Shown piece by piece: positions 11,988 through 24,424 of a stretch of DNA of 64,000 nt. The notes below the pieces were generated by a model. That model saw only the letters and a program-made list of their open reading frames with translations, searched no databases and was not told the origin of the DNA. A program made the translations under genes and the position numbers. Position 1 is the stretch's first letter; each line of letters opens with the position of its first letter. Origin of the DNA: Chiloscyllium plagiosum (taxonomy: Eukaryota); contig NC_057751.1 of the NCBI RefSeq assembly GCF_004010195.1, forward strand, positions 11,584,578 through 11,648,577, read 5' to 3'.

Positions 11988-12303
11988 ACACACGGTGGCT
12001 CAGTGGTTAGCACTGCTACCTCACAGCGCCAGGGACCCAGGATCAATTCCAGCCTCGGGCGACTGTCTGTGTGGAATTGCACATTCTCCCCGTGTCTGCG
12101 TGGGTTTCCTCCAGATGCTCTGCTTTCCTCCCACAATCCAAAGATGTGCAGGTTAGGGTGGATTGGCCACACTAAATTGACCATAGTGTTAGGTGCATTA
12201 GTCAGGGCTAAATGTAGGTTCAGAGAATGGGTCTGGGTGAGTTACTCTTCGGAGGGTCGGTGTGGACTTGTTGGGCTGAAGGGTCTGTTTCCATCTAATC
12301 TAA
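11988..12303 (+). mobile_element. HE1 SINE inserted in Gypsy LTR
   Basis: CACGGTGGCTCAGTGGTTAGCACTGCTACCTCACAGCGCCAGGGACCC head; GGTCTGTTTCC...TCTAATCTAA tail. Confidence 0.92.
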
Positions 12304-12571
12304 TAACAACAAGTATATACAACGCTATGCCCCCTTTCTATAAGCCCCCTTCACTACTTTACACTACAAAGTAGTGTAAGAGGAAATATAATAATGAATG
12401 TACAGTTCGTGTATGTGAATGCACTGTGTACTCAATGAGGTTGTTGCACTACATATACCAATTACCATGTCAGAATACAATGCAGTGGTGAGAATGGAGT
12501 ATTGCCTCAAAAAGGGCACAGCTGGATAATAGATATGTCCAAGTAAGAGTTCAGAAAAGACAGAAGGGAAT

Positions 12572-14343
12572 ATGAATAAACAAGGCAGCCATTGTGTGGG
12601 ATTGCAGGAAATGGGGGAAATTCTAAATGAATATTTTGCATCAGTGCTTACTGTGGAAAAGGGCATGGCAGATTTCAAATGTAAGGAAATAAATGGTGAC
12701 ATCTTGAAAAATGTCGATATTCCAGAGGAGGAAGTACTGGATATCTTGAAACACATAAAGATGGATAAATCCCCAGGACCTGATCAGGTGTATCTGAAAA
12801 CTCTGTGGGAAGCTAGAGAAGTGATTGCTGGGCCCCTTGCTGAGATATTTATATCATCACTAGTCATAGGTGAGGTGCTGAAAAACTGGAGGTTGGCAAA
12901 CATGGTGCCACTGTTTAAGAAGGGTGGTAAGGACAAGCCAGGGAACTATAAACCGGTGAGCCTGATGTCGGTGGTGGGCAAATTGTTGGAGGGAATCCTG
13001 AGGGACAGGATGTACATGTATTTGGAAAGGCAAGGACTGATTAGGAATAGTCAACATGGCTTTGTGCATGGGAAATCATGTCTCACTAACTTGATTGAGT
13101 TTTTTGAAGAAGTAACAAAGAAGATTGATGAGAGCAGAGCAGTGGATGTGATCTATATGGACTTCAGTAAGGTGTTCGACAAGGTTCCCCATGGGAGACT
13201 GGTTAGCAAGGTCGGATCTTATGGAATACAGGGAGAACTAACCATTTGGATACAGAACAGGCTCAAAGGTCGAAGACAGAGAATGGTGATGGAGTGTTGT
13301 TTTTCAGATTGGAGGCCTGTGACCAGTGGAGTGCCACAAGGATCGGTGCTGGGTCCTCTACTTTTCATCATTTATATAAATGATTTCAATGTGAGCATAA
13401 GAGGTATAGTTAGTAAGTTTGTAGATAACACCAAAATTGGAGGTGTAGTGCACAGCGAAGAAGGTCACCTCAAATTACAACAAGGTCTTGATCAAATGGG
13501 CCAATGGGCTGAGGAGTAGCAGATGGAGTTTAATTTGGATAATTGCGAGGTGCTGCATTTTGTGACAGCAAATCTTAGCAGGACTTACTTGCTTAATGGT
13601 AACATTCTAGGAAGTATTGCTGAACAAAGAGACCTTGGAGTGCAGATTCATAGTTTCTTGAAAGTGGAGTCGCAGGTAGATAGGATAGTGAAGAAGGCAT
13701 TTGGTATGCTTTCCTTTATTGGCCAGAATATTGAGTAAAGGAGTTTGAAGGTCATGTTGCAGCTGTACAGGACATCGGTTAGGCCACGTTTGGAATATTG
13801 TGTTCAATTCTGGTCTCCTTCCTATCAGAAGCGTGTTGTGAAATGAGAAAGGGTTCAGAAAAGATTGACAAGGATGTTGCCAGGGTTGGAGGATTTGAGG
13901 TATAGGGAGAGGTTGAACAGGCTGGGACTGTTTTCCCTGGAGCGTTGGAGGCTGAGGGGTGACCTTATCAAGGTTTATAAAATCATGAGGGGCATGGATA
14001 GGATAAATAGACAAGTCTCTTCCCTGGAGTGGGGGAGTCCAGAACTATAGGGCATAGGTTTAGGGTGAGAGGGGAAAGATATAAAACAGACCTAAGGTTC
14101 AAACGTTTCACTCAGAGGATGGTACATGTATGGAATGAGCTGCCAAATGAAGTGGTGGTGGCAAATAAAATTACAACATTTAAAAGGCATCCGGATGGGT
14201 ATATGAATAGGAAGGGTTTGGAGGGATATGGGACGATTGCTGGCAAGTGGGACTAGATTGGGTTAGGATATCTGGTCAGCATGGATGAGTTGGACCGAAG
14301 GATCTGTTTCCGTGCTGTACATCTCTATGACTCTCTGACTCTG
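12572..14343 (+). mobile_element. HER1/CR1 LINE, 5'-truncated; 315-aa RT ORF fragment (12572-13519), inactive
   Basis: [28 protein letters not shown] motifs; catalytic FADD replaced by FVDN; stops downstream; CTCTATGACTCT tail. Confidence 0.95.
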
Positions 14344-14344
14344 T

Positions 14345-14925
14345 AAGACTCCAATGAAATAGTCTTATATTCTTGTCGTTAAATAGTTCCAAGAATGTAA
14401 GAGGATTGTGATTCTTGGATACAATTCTCTTCGACACATTGTTCATCACATAAACACTAAAACGTTGTAAGTCCAGTACTAAACTCAATAATTTCCTTTT
14501 GATGGGAGAGTATTTTCTCTGGTGGGTGTTGAGTTTCTTTGAAAAGTAGCCAATTGGTTATTCAATTCCATTGTCATCTTCCTGTAGCAGAACAGCTCCA
14601 AGTCCTATATTGCTAGCAATGTGTGATTCGAAATGTGTGGTCTAGCTCAAACTTGGGCGGTGGTTAATAATTACTTTTAAATTTTCAAATGCCTCCTGGC
14701 TTGGTCTGTCCACCTAAATTTTGTGTTCTTTTTCAGTAAATCTGTTAGCGGTGCCACTACGCAGCTGAAGTTGGAACAAACCTCTGGTAGAATCTGCTTA
14801 GTCCCAAAAATCAAAGAACCTCTTTCTTTCAGGATGCTTGTGGAAATTCCTCGACAGCCTTTGTCTTTGCATTCTTTGGGGTCAACCTTCCATGACTAAT
14901 GTCATGTCCCAAGAACGTCACCTCT
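14345..14925 (-). pseudogene. Gypsy pol fragment (RT C-terminus / RNase H)
   Basis: Minus strand reads VTFLGH..., FLGLSRFYQRFV, VAPLTDLLKK, IGLGAVLLQED, PIGYFSKKL, NHNPLTFL...RLFHWSL, with stops and frameshifts. Confidence 0.88.
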
Positions 14926-15762
14926 GACTGTGTCACTGGTTGGGTTTTAGTATTCTGGGGCATAATTTAAACTGATGAGTTAAATTTGAATTGTTGTCAA
15001 AACAGCAACCAACACAGGTATCTATTTCACAGCCAAATGTTACATGCTTTCATTTTTCCAGTACAATCTGAGACTGCTAGCTAGTCATATGACAGATGCT
15101 TGTAAACTCTCAAAAATAGCACTCACTCTCTCTTAAAGGTACAGTACACATCTTCAACTTCATAACATTGTCATGACAGAATGTTTTGGGTGAAAGTGAA
15201 TGGTTTGATAGCATTACTTGATCATTATTCCTCCTGCCCCAAATTTAAGCCCACATTACCGTAGTTATTGTCCATGCATTCAGCTGTCAATTATTTCACA
15301 CAGAAATCTTTCATTTGCACTTAATTAAGCTTTTAAGTATTTAGTGTGGAGGACATTTGTTTGCAAAATTGGTTTGGTGCTCCCTTTGCCACACATAATA
15401 GCTTCTAGGATGGCCATACTCCTTGTTCTCTCTTTACTTCTAAATCAGCCAGATGCGATCTTGCCTCCAGAGGGTGTTTCAATTAATGCAGCAATGCTTA
15501 TGTGTCTTGTAACAAAAAATGCCACGTTATTAAAGAATCCAACAGGCATTTGATTCAACCAATTTTCACATCCACACTTTGGACTACAACTGAACAATAT
15601 GCTTCTATTTGTGTATTATGCTCCAAAAGTTGAGTATGTTTCTTTTAACAATCAGAAATTCACCTGCTTTGATATCTCGTCAAACATATATTATATGATG
15701 TTCCACCAATTTTAAGTTTGAACTGTCTTTAAAGAACAAAGAAGCTCATTGATTTCATTTAG

Positions 15763-16634
15763 AAACACTTTTTGGACATACAGAATCATACTCAGCAGTG
15801 TCCATGAAATTCCTTCAAGTATGAAATCACCCTCCTACTTTCAACTTTGATGCAATGTCAATGGCATTTTCACACACTAATCAAGACATCTTCTAAGTAA
15901 TCTTTGGAGATGGGTGTTTCGAATCTTGAGAAACACAATGTTTGGCAGAGTCTTCAATTCTTCAATATGCTTCATGGAGTCAACAAAATGTCATGACGTA
16001 ACATCTTAAGGCTTGAAGATGTGCAAATCCAGATAACTACCAAGAATTTGCTGTAATCCCAAGCACTGGCCCACATCTCCTGGTCTCTGCATCATCAGAG
16101 ACCATGCATATGGTCCAAGATGTACATGTGGACCCTGTAGGAATCTCGATGCACTGATTCCACGTGAATTTCCTGAGAAGTTTGCACTTCCAATGTGTAA
16201 TTCCTCTGCTTCCTGGAATTCACTGAATCCTGAAAAAAACCTCTGATTCCTGATCAGAGATTTCAGATGGTTCCGATTTAATTACCACCCAGTGTGAGCA
16301 GATGAACATTTCTGGTGCTAAGTAATTGAGAAATTCCAGTCAGTACTATTTTTGGACTGCAACAAATGGACCACAACTCAAATCAAACACTCCACAAGGG
16401 AGTACATTCACTGCCAGAGGATTTTGCGTCTCTGAAACCCACCATCAGGCTGCACATTTACAAGAGTCTTGTACAAAATACTTTGCTGCTGTTTGGATCA
16501 CTGGTGCCCTTCAGGGAACTCCACCATGCAGAGCACTCAGGGGTGTACTGAATAATTCAGCATTTTCATCCCAAAATAGTATCAGCAAGGATTGGAGACT
16601 TTTTTTTCTCATGACTACTATATCAAAGTGGTGA
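15763..16634 (+). pseudogene. Exon-like decayed coding segment
   Basis: Acceptor TTTCATTTAG; one frame runs ~290 codons with ~10 stops and includes ORF 16326-16634; protein-like text (ANPDNYQEFAVIPSTGPHLLVSASSETMHMVQDVHVDPVG). Confidence 0.3.
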
Positions 16635-17666
16635 ATTATTATCATATGAACCTGTCACATTTTAAGCAGGGTGATCTGCACATGACACAAAGACAAATTG
16701 AAAAGGGTCATTTTATCATAATACAAGCTTGTTGTCTCTTTGCTTTCAGGAGATAAAGGCTCACGGAATCAGGAGGGCACAGAAGGAGGCAATTCTTTCA
16801 ATGGAGTACTTGATGGCTGTTCAACAGATCATTTAAATTTGGGCAGTAATATGAAAAGATAGTGAGACGTTAGAAAGAAGCACTGGGCTGCAGAGTAATG
16901 AAGAAGCAGCAGGTTTCCGAGTTAGAGTAGAACAGGATCATCACTGAAGATAGATGAACAAGGCAGTTGTTGGCCAGTGAGCCTGATATTATCATGGGGA
17001 AATATTATTTGGGATATAGTATCAGCGCATGAAAAAAACCATCCCATGATTGAGCAGAATCAATCGAGATAAAGCGAAATTATGTTTGACACATCTGTTT
17101 CTTTCAAGTTGTCGCTGGCAAAATAGATACGAGGGTGCAGCAGATGTAGTACATTTAGAGTTTTACACAGAATTAACACTGATGATTGGGAGTCATTTGT
17201 TCATATGGATTGAGGATCTATTGCTCTTTAAGAATCTTTTCCTATTTCTAATCAGCATGGTGTTTCTTCAGCAGCATTATTTGTAAATACAGCTACAATT
17301 TAGACATAGCCACTGATGACTTTCAGCTCAATGTTGACACTACCTTACTCACCCTGTTCACTGTTTCTGAATTGTTAGCTTGCTTGTTTGACATTCAGTA
17401 CTTGAAGAGCAGAGACTTCCTCCAACTAAATATTGGCAACACCAAAGCTATTGTCTTGAAGCCACTGTCATGACAACAGATCGTAGCCCTGAGTTACATG
17501 CAGACTTATTGAACTTTTCGCTCAGGCAGATGGTTTTGCTTTTCTGTTGCACAAACAGTAGACATGATCTAATGCAAAAGATAGCAGTCTGGACAAAAGA
17601 CGTGTCTGTGGTATCCCCTGCCAGGAAATACAATAGAAAGCCTTAAAAACCAAGAACATCTCTGTT

Positions 17667-19705
17667 GTTAGTGTGCCAGTCTAGTGTTTCAATGCTAGTC
17701 TGCCAGTCTGGTATTCAAATGCCCATATGCTAGTCTGGTATTCGAATGCTAGTGTGCCAGTCTGGTGTTGGAAAGCTAGTGTGCCAGTCTAGTGTTTGAA
17801 TGCTAGTGTGCCAGTCTGGTGTTCAAATGCTGTTGTGCCAGTCTGTTGTTCGAATGTTAGTGTGCCAGTCTGGTGTTGAAAACCTAGTGTGCTAATCTGG
17901 TGTTCAAATGCTAGTATGCCAGTCTGGTGTTGGAAAGCTAGTGTGCTAATCTGGTGTTTAATTCCTAGTGTGCCAGTCTGGTGTTCACATGCTAGTGTGC
18001 CAGTCTGGTGTTCAAATGCTACTGTGCGAATCTGGTGCTCAAATGCTTGTGTGCTAATCTGGTGTTCAAATGCTAGTGTGTCAGTCTAATGTTGGAAAGC
18101 TGGTGTGCTCATCTGGTGTTCAAATGCTAGTGTGCCAGTCTGGTGTTTGAATGATAGTGTGCCAGTCTGTGGTTCAAATGCTAGTGTGCCAGTCTGGTGT
18201 TCAAATGCTAGCATGCCAGTCTGGGGTTCAAATGCTTGTGTGCCAGTCTGGTGTTCAAATGCTAATGTGCGAATCTGGTGTTCAAATGCTCGTGTGCAGG
18301 TCTGGTATTCAAATGCTAGTGTGCCAGTCTGGTGTTCAAATGCTTGGTGCGCTAATCTGGTGTTCAAATGCTAGTGTGTGAATCTGGTGTACAAATGCTA
18401 GTGTACCAGTCTGGTGTTCACATGCTAGTGTGCCAGTCTGGTGTTTGAATGATAGTGTGCCAGTCTGTGGTTCAAATGCTAGTGTGCCAGTCTGGTGTTC
18501 AAATGCTAGCGTGCCAGTCTGGGGTTCAAATGCTTGTGTGCTAATCTGGTGTTCAAATGCTAGTGTGCAAATCTGATGTTCAAATGCTCAGGTGCCAGTG
18601 TGGTGTTCAAATGCGAGTGTGCCAGTCTGGTGTTCAAATGCTAGTGTGTGAATCTGGTGCTCAAATGCTTGTGTGCGAATCTGGTGTTCAAATGCTCGTG
18701 TGCAGGTCTGGTATTCAAATGCTAGTGTGCCAGTCTGGTGTTCAAATGCTGGTGTGCTAATCTGGTGTTCAAATGCTGGTGTGCCAGTCGAGTGTTTGAA
18801 TGCTACTGTGCCAGTCTGGTGTTTGAATGATAGTGTACCAGTCTGGGGTTCAAATGCTAGTGTGCCAGTCTGGTGTTCAAATGCTAGCGTGCCAGTCTGG
18901 TGTTCAAATGCTTGTGTGCTAATCTGGTGTTCAAATGCTAGTGTGCGAATCTGGTGTTCAAATGCTCGTGTGCAGGTCTGGTATTCAAATGCTAGTGTGC
19001 CAGTCTGGTGTTCAAATGCTTGGTGCGCTAATCTGGTGTTCAAATGCTAGTGTGTGAATCTGGTGTACAAATACTAGTGTGCCAGTCTGGTGTTCACATG
19101 CTCGTTTGCCAGTCTGGTGTTCAAATGCTACAGTGCGAATCTGGTGCTCAAATGCTTGTGTGCTAATCTGGTGTTCAAATGCTAGTGTGTCAGTCTAATG
19201 TTGGAAAACTAGTGTGCTCATCTGGTGTTCAAATGCTAGTGTGCCAGTCTGGTGTTTGAATGATAGTGTGCCAGTCTGTGGTTCAAATGCTAGTGTGCCA
19301 GTCTGGTGTTCAAATGCTAGCGTGCCAGTCTGGGGTTCAAATGCTTGTGTGCTAATCTGGTGTTCAAATGCTAGTGTGCAAATCTGATGTTCAAATGCTC
19401 ATGTGCCGGTCTGGTGTTCAAAAGCTAGTGTGCCAGTCTGGTGTTCAAATGCTTGTGCATTAATCTGGTGTTCAAATGCTAGTGTGCAAATTTGGTGTTC
19501 AAATGCTAGTGTGCCAGTCTGGTGTTCAAATGCGAGTGTGCCAGTCTGGTGTTCAAATGCTAGTGTGTGAATCTGGTGCTCAAATGCTTGTGTGCTAATC
19601 TGGTGGTCAAATGCTAGTGTACCGATCTGGTGTTCAAATGCTAGTGTGCCAGTCTGGTGTTCAAATGCTTGTGTGCCAGTCTGGTGTTCGAATGCTAGTG
19701 TGCGA
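17667..19705. repeat. 27-bp minisatellite, ~75 copies, consensus GCTAGTGTGCCAGTCTGGTGTTCAAAT
   Basis: Direct tandem repetition visible; 9-aa periodic ORFs (CSNASVPVW; AFEHQTGTL). Confidence 0.97.
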
Positions 19706-19977
19706 GAAAGTTTTTAAAAAAGACTTGCGGGGCAAAGTTTTTACACAGAGGGTGGTTTGTGTGTGGAACCAATTTCCTGAGGAAGTGGTGGATGTAGTTA
19801 CAACTTCAATGCTTCAAAGATATTTGGATAAGTCCATGAACCTCCCCCGGAGAGGTTTGGAGGGTGGAGGGCCAGGTGCAGGCAGGTGGCACTCATTAGT
19901 TTGGGATTATGTTTGGTGTGGACTGGTTGGACCAAAGGGTCTGTTTCCATGCTGTGTGGCTCCATGACTCTATGACT
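19706..19977 (+). mobile_element. HER1/CR1 LINE 3' end
   Basis: KDLRGKVFTQRVVCVWN..PEEVV and GGGTCTGTTTCC...CTCTATGAC tail, abutting the minisatellite. Confidence 0.9.
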
Positions 19978-21198
19978 TCCCATTTCCAATCTTTTCCATG
20001 TTGCATTTTAATTCTCCTTGTATTTTAGTCACTCAATCTTTCTTTAACTCAAGACAGCCAAGTTAAGTTGGCTACTTTTTTGAAAAAAAAGTTCATTGGA
20101 TCTGGGAAAGACGTCCATGAGGGAAGAGATCCTTTGTTTTAAGTTAACCTTGTTGTTACCAACAGAGGAAGTGGATGGGGGTGGTTTGAATGAAGAAGTG
20201 AATGATCTCCTTCCTCACCTGAGATCATAATGAATTGGAGAACCTCACAAAGGGACCAGTTGTAAGATCAAGTACAAACACCATTCCCAGTGACAGATTC
20301 AGCAGCAGAGCAGCAGCAGAGGGGAATTCTCCCCTGAAAGTCCCCAGAATGCCTGTGAAAATTCAGTCACAGAACTGAGCAATTCGAGAAAGTTCCCCCT
20401 TTCCATCCCTTCTCTCACACTTGAGCTGAATTGGCAGAATCTCTGAGGAGCTGCTCCCTCAGTCACAGACAGATTCTTTTCAATGCTTACTGTGACCATC
20501 CAGAGAGGAACAGACTGAAGCAAGGTCAGTAAGAAAGGAAAAATAGCAAAGACTTCCTCCATGGGATGGCAGGGGGGCTTGGGGTGGGGTGATTCAATCT
20601 GTCAAGGGGGAGTGAAGAAAGAGGCCGCAAGGATATGGAGTGGGGTAGACAAGCTGAATGCTTGGAGGATGTTGCCCTTGATCTGTGGCATTTACAAGGA
20701 TAGGTATTGGCAACTTGGAACTCTATAAACATAGGTAGAAGTGTGGCCAAGTCCATTAATGTCACCTCACCCAGCTGATTATGATATACCTCTGCTTATA
20801 CCACAACATTGATCAACCTAATAACAAACTAAAATAAAGCTGTTGTGTAACTTGGCGTAAGTCCCATTATACAAGATGGGTATTGAATGCACTGACAGTC
20901 AGTCGACTCCAAGATGGTCTTCCGGCAACTTGAGTTAGCTTTGGTTCACCACAATGTGCCTCAGCCAGATACTTATAATTCTACAATTTCCTTTACAATT
21001 TAGTGTTGCATTCAAAGTAGGAGGCTCAGCAAATAGAAGATTCTGACCATGGTATCAGCAAATGTGTCAGCAGTGTTAACTAGGCAAGAAAGTTTCCTCC
21101 ACTGTCTTCGGCACTCAATCGACTCAGTCTGGCAACACAACTCCAGAAGATTCGTTCATTGTGGAGTTTGAGGCTGCACTTGACCCTCGGGAATACAA

Positions 21199-21345
21199 AA
21201 TGTCGTGCTGGAAAAACACAGCAGGCCAGGCAGCATTCGAGGAGCAGGAGAATCGACGTTTCAGGCATAAGCCATTCCTGCTGTGTTTTTCCAGCATGAC
21301 ATTTTTCAATTCTGGTACTCCAGCATCTGCAGTCCTCACTTTCTA
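21199..21345 (+). mobile_element. Penelope-like mini-element, family C (partial fold-back)
   Basis: Arms ATGTCGTGCTGGAAAAACACAGCAGG / CCTGCTGTGTTTTTCCAGCATGACAT; tail CCAGCATCTGCAGTCCTCACTTTCT; TSD CT(C/A)GGGAATA(C/T)AA at 21186-21198 and 21346-21358. Confidence 0.8.
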
Positions 21346-21537
21346 CTAGGGAATATAACGTTACTAATTACTTGAGCAGTGCAATATATTTAATGAGTAG
21401 AATAGATTCCTTTTGAAGCACTCCTAAACTGAAACAATTTAAATGTGAATAAGATTTAAACAATGAGAAAGAGACTTGTCTGTGATCCCTGGTGGAGTTG
21501 GTTAGTTTCCAAAGGATTTGCATTTCTTATTTTCCAG

Positions 21538-21833
21538 CAGTGAGCCTTTTGAAATCAGCTGATGGGGGGGGATGGCTGGGGAGGTGGGGGTGAGGGTGCA
21601 GGACAAGTAGTTTTCCATTGAGTCAACATGCAGGTAGCTGTCATCTGGAATGTCTTGACTTGGGTTTGCCTCAATATGGGCCAAAAATAAACCAAAGACA
21701 GAAATCCAAGAGGAATTTGCTGCCAAAGCCCTGCCTCTGCACCTTGCTGCACACAGAAGTTAGTTCCCTGGGAGCAGACCATCTGTTGATGCACTTAGCC
21801 AGCGACTGATGGTTGCCATGGGGAGACCAGAAG
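21538..21833 (+). pseudogene. Candidate decayed exon
   Basis: Acceptor TTTCTTATTTTCCAG, donor GAAG|GTGTGA; 3' half reads WAKNKPKTEIQEEFAAKALPLHLAAHRS*FPGSRPSVDALSQRLMVAMGRPE; phase 1 end fits the next segment. Confidence 0.35.
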
Positions 21834-22442
21834 GTGTGAGGAAAGCAATACAGTCTCAAGGCTATAACACATTGCAGCATTTCGATGGTAACTGTACGTC
21901 CTTCAAAGTTTACAAATTGTTATTCCTGACATAACCTAAACCTGTAATATGTGACAAAGTAACCTCAGAGCATTCATCCTTTATTATAATAATATCCGAT
22001 GTGTCTCCAGTTTTCCCAGAGGAAGCATGGACTTTGTTAATGAACTCAGTAATATCTATTATCCTTGACCTGTCATGATTATTGTTGGTCTTGGAATGAT
22101 TTATTACAACAAGGAAAGATTATGTTAGGTTTGAACAAGCTTTGCAATGTTCAGCTGTAACGAAGCAGCTGCCAATGTTATTCATGGGGTGCAGTGAATG
22201 CACATGTTATCATGCTTTAACCCGAAACCAAAATGTCCTTTCACATGGCAACTGTTCTTTAAAATGTTTGAGAAATCACATTGAAATCTGGCTTTCTGGA
22301 GGCAAACAAATGATAGTTAGTTCAAGTTCTTTGAAAATGATATTTGTCTTATTTTGCAGTTCATTATGAATGAATTAATCTGATGAGAAAAGTCAACTCA
22401 GCTTGATTATCAATCATCTATCTGTACCTTTATTGTTTACAG

Positions 22443-23428
22443 AATCCGTCAGCAGTTTGTGCAGTGAATACAATTCTGTTCAAAGCAGTATACACCAGGC
22501 AGAATTCAACTTTGTGAGCTTTTTCTAGCCAGTGAAAGTTGTTTCTTCCACTAATTGTGACAAAGTTCGTCTTAATATTGCAAAAGGGTGTGTCAAATGA
22601 TTTCAGTTCTTGGGTGGGGAAACTGCGTGGCTTGTGACAAGGTGTTAACTGAATTTTTAAAAAAAGGTGTGAGGGTTCTAACAGGAATGAGGTCACCTCA
22701 GGCCAGGCGAGGGTGTCAGCGTTCTTGGATTGAAGTGATAGCAAATCAACTGGAATTCATGCCCTCGGCCACTGTTGAGATATCCTTGTTGGAAATTATT
22801 TGTACCTGATTGTCGACCATGGGAAAGTATCTCCATGAGCTGTGTTGTGATGTCCACTGTGCTAGAGTGCCAGGGCAACTATGCTGACTGTCAAAGCTCA
22901 TGCTTGGTCTCCTGGGTCAGATGCTAGGTATGGACAGGGAGCAAAACTCCTAATGGAATATCTATGAATGAATGAAGGGGGCACTGACTGATAAATTACA
23001 CAACAAAAATGAGCAGATCCCAGGCACTATGAGAGTGAAAGACTGAAACAATGTGCAAAAATGATTTACTTTCAATTGTTTCACCAAAGCAGAGGACAGA
23101 AGAACAAGAATCAACAAGCTTCAAATGAGACTGCTGGTGAAACATGTTCTTCATTCACTGATGCTGCACTCCATTCACTGATGCTGCACTCCAAGCCAGT
23201 ACACGTGACACTCAGTTTTGGAAAACAACACTATTGAAAAAAAATGTCAGAATGAGTAATCAGATTACAACAGGACTGCATGTGACAATGACACAGTCAT
23301 CTTCAGCCTTGTTCAATGTCTGGATAAAACCACACAGGAGTCATCACCATGGAATTCAAACAGTCTGGACTGAATCACATCGGAGGACTCAGCTTCACAG
23401 AATGCACAAGGTCACCTTGAAGACAAAG
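22443..23428 (+). pseudogene. Candidate large decayed exon
   Basis: Acceptor CTTTATTGTTTACAG, donor AAAG|GTATAC; begins (E)SVSSLCSEYNSVQSSIHQAEF, ends DKTTQESSPWNSNSLD*ITSEDSASQNAQGHLEDK; 20-bp internal duplication near 23152-23191. Confidence 0.35.
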
Positions 23429-23548
23429 GTATACTGAGGCCAAGAGGGAAAAGTTGGTGGTTGCAGTTACTTTGTGTGTTGGGTGATGTCCAGATCTGAA
23501 TAAACCCCACACAATCTTCTTAGAAGTATGGGTCAGGTAAGTTGAACA

Positions 23549-23683
23549 GGGCAAAAGTGAGGACTGCAGATGCTGGAAACCAGAGTTTAGATCAGCGTGG
23601 TGCTGGAAAAGCACAGCAGGTCAGGCAGCATCCGAGGAGCAGGAAAATCGACGTTTCAGGCAAAAGCCCTTCATCAGGAATAG
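23549..23683 (-). mobile_element. Penelope-like mini-element, family C, with hammerhead
   Basis: Minus: CTGATGA-A-GGGC-TTTT-GCCT-GAAA-CGTC; full tail; exact 14-bp TSD AGGTAAGTTGAACA at 23535-23548 and 23684-23697. Confidence 0.9.
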
Positions 23684-24115
23684 AGGTAAGTTGAACAACC
23701 TATTATCATTTCACAGTTTCTCACACCGTTTCCAGACATTCCTAGAACAGTCATTCCTAAAACTTTTTTACAGGAGTTATCTTCTCACAAACAGTTTTAT
23801 GACGGTTTCCTCCACCGAAGGATTTGCTCACCAGAGTTTGGGATTGAAGGTCGGTCTTTAAGACAGGTGGTCATTCTAACTTGAACTTGGCAGTTTCTTT
23901 CATTACAGAAAGTCCAGATTAATAAGTTTGCTGGAAATGTGAATCCTATTGCTGACAACTTCAGCATTGTAAAGGTTTGGTTTCAGTTGCCTTGGCTGGA
24001 GCAGAGGTGTCTTTATAAGATATTTTCACAAGCTTTCGATGAATAGTTACATTTTTTTCTATAGTTTAACCTATTTCTCAGCACGTGGCTCAGTGTTGAT
24101 CTCCTGCTGTTTCAG

Positions 24116-24424
24116 CTTGCTCCACAGTGGTACTTGCTGCATCTGAGGATCCCCCCTCAACCAATCTGACTGATCATATTTCATTTTCTTAACAGTGAAT
24201 TCCTCCTTTTCTTTCAGTAAGACTGATGGGACTACTGTTTGCTGATCACTTTGGAGCTATCCTGGCATCCTTCTCTCCATCTGGCACAACCACAGCATTA
24301 GGAACTTTCCTCTAGGCAAGTCCCTTGCATCTCCCAGACAGACTATAAGGTCTTGTCAGGGCGGCGGAGGGGCTGGTGTGATGACGTGGAGGGCTGGTGA
24401 AAGGATCTTAGCAACATAAAATAG
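24116..24424 (+). pseudogene. Candidate decayed exon (phase 1-1, 309 nt)
   Basis: Acceptor CTCCTGCTGTTTCAG, donor ATAG|GTAACA; length divisible by 3; starts (A)CSTVVLAASEDPPSTNLTDH; several stops. Confidence 0.3.

Larger units (their letters stand above)
11822..15167 (-). mobile_element. Internally deleted Gypsy LTR retrotransposon with nested insertions
   Basis: Termini TGTTATGA (11822) ... TCATAACA (15167) are inverted; 4-bp TSD TTGT at 11818-11821 and 15168-15171; pol remnant inside. Confidence 0.8.

Noticed and set aside
12572..13519. Active reverse transcriptase gene
   Set aside because: 5'-truncated, catalytic FADD mutated to FVDN, stop codons immediately downstream
16750..16860. Collagen exon (GDKG... 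after an acceptor)
   Set aside because: Gly-X-Y periodicity breaks after two triplets
17667..19705. CRISPR array or repetitive protein gene
   Set aside because: Units are contiguous with no unique spacers and no cas genes; ORFs appear in several frames on both strands simply because the unit is 27 bp
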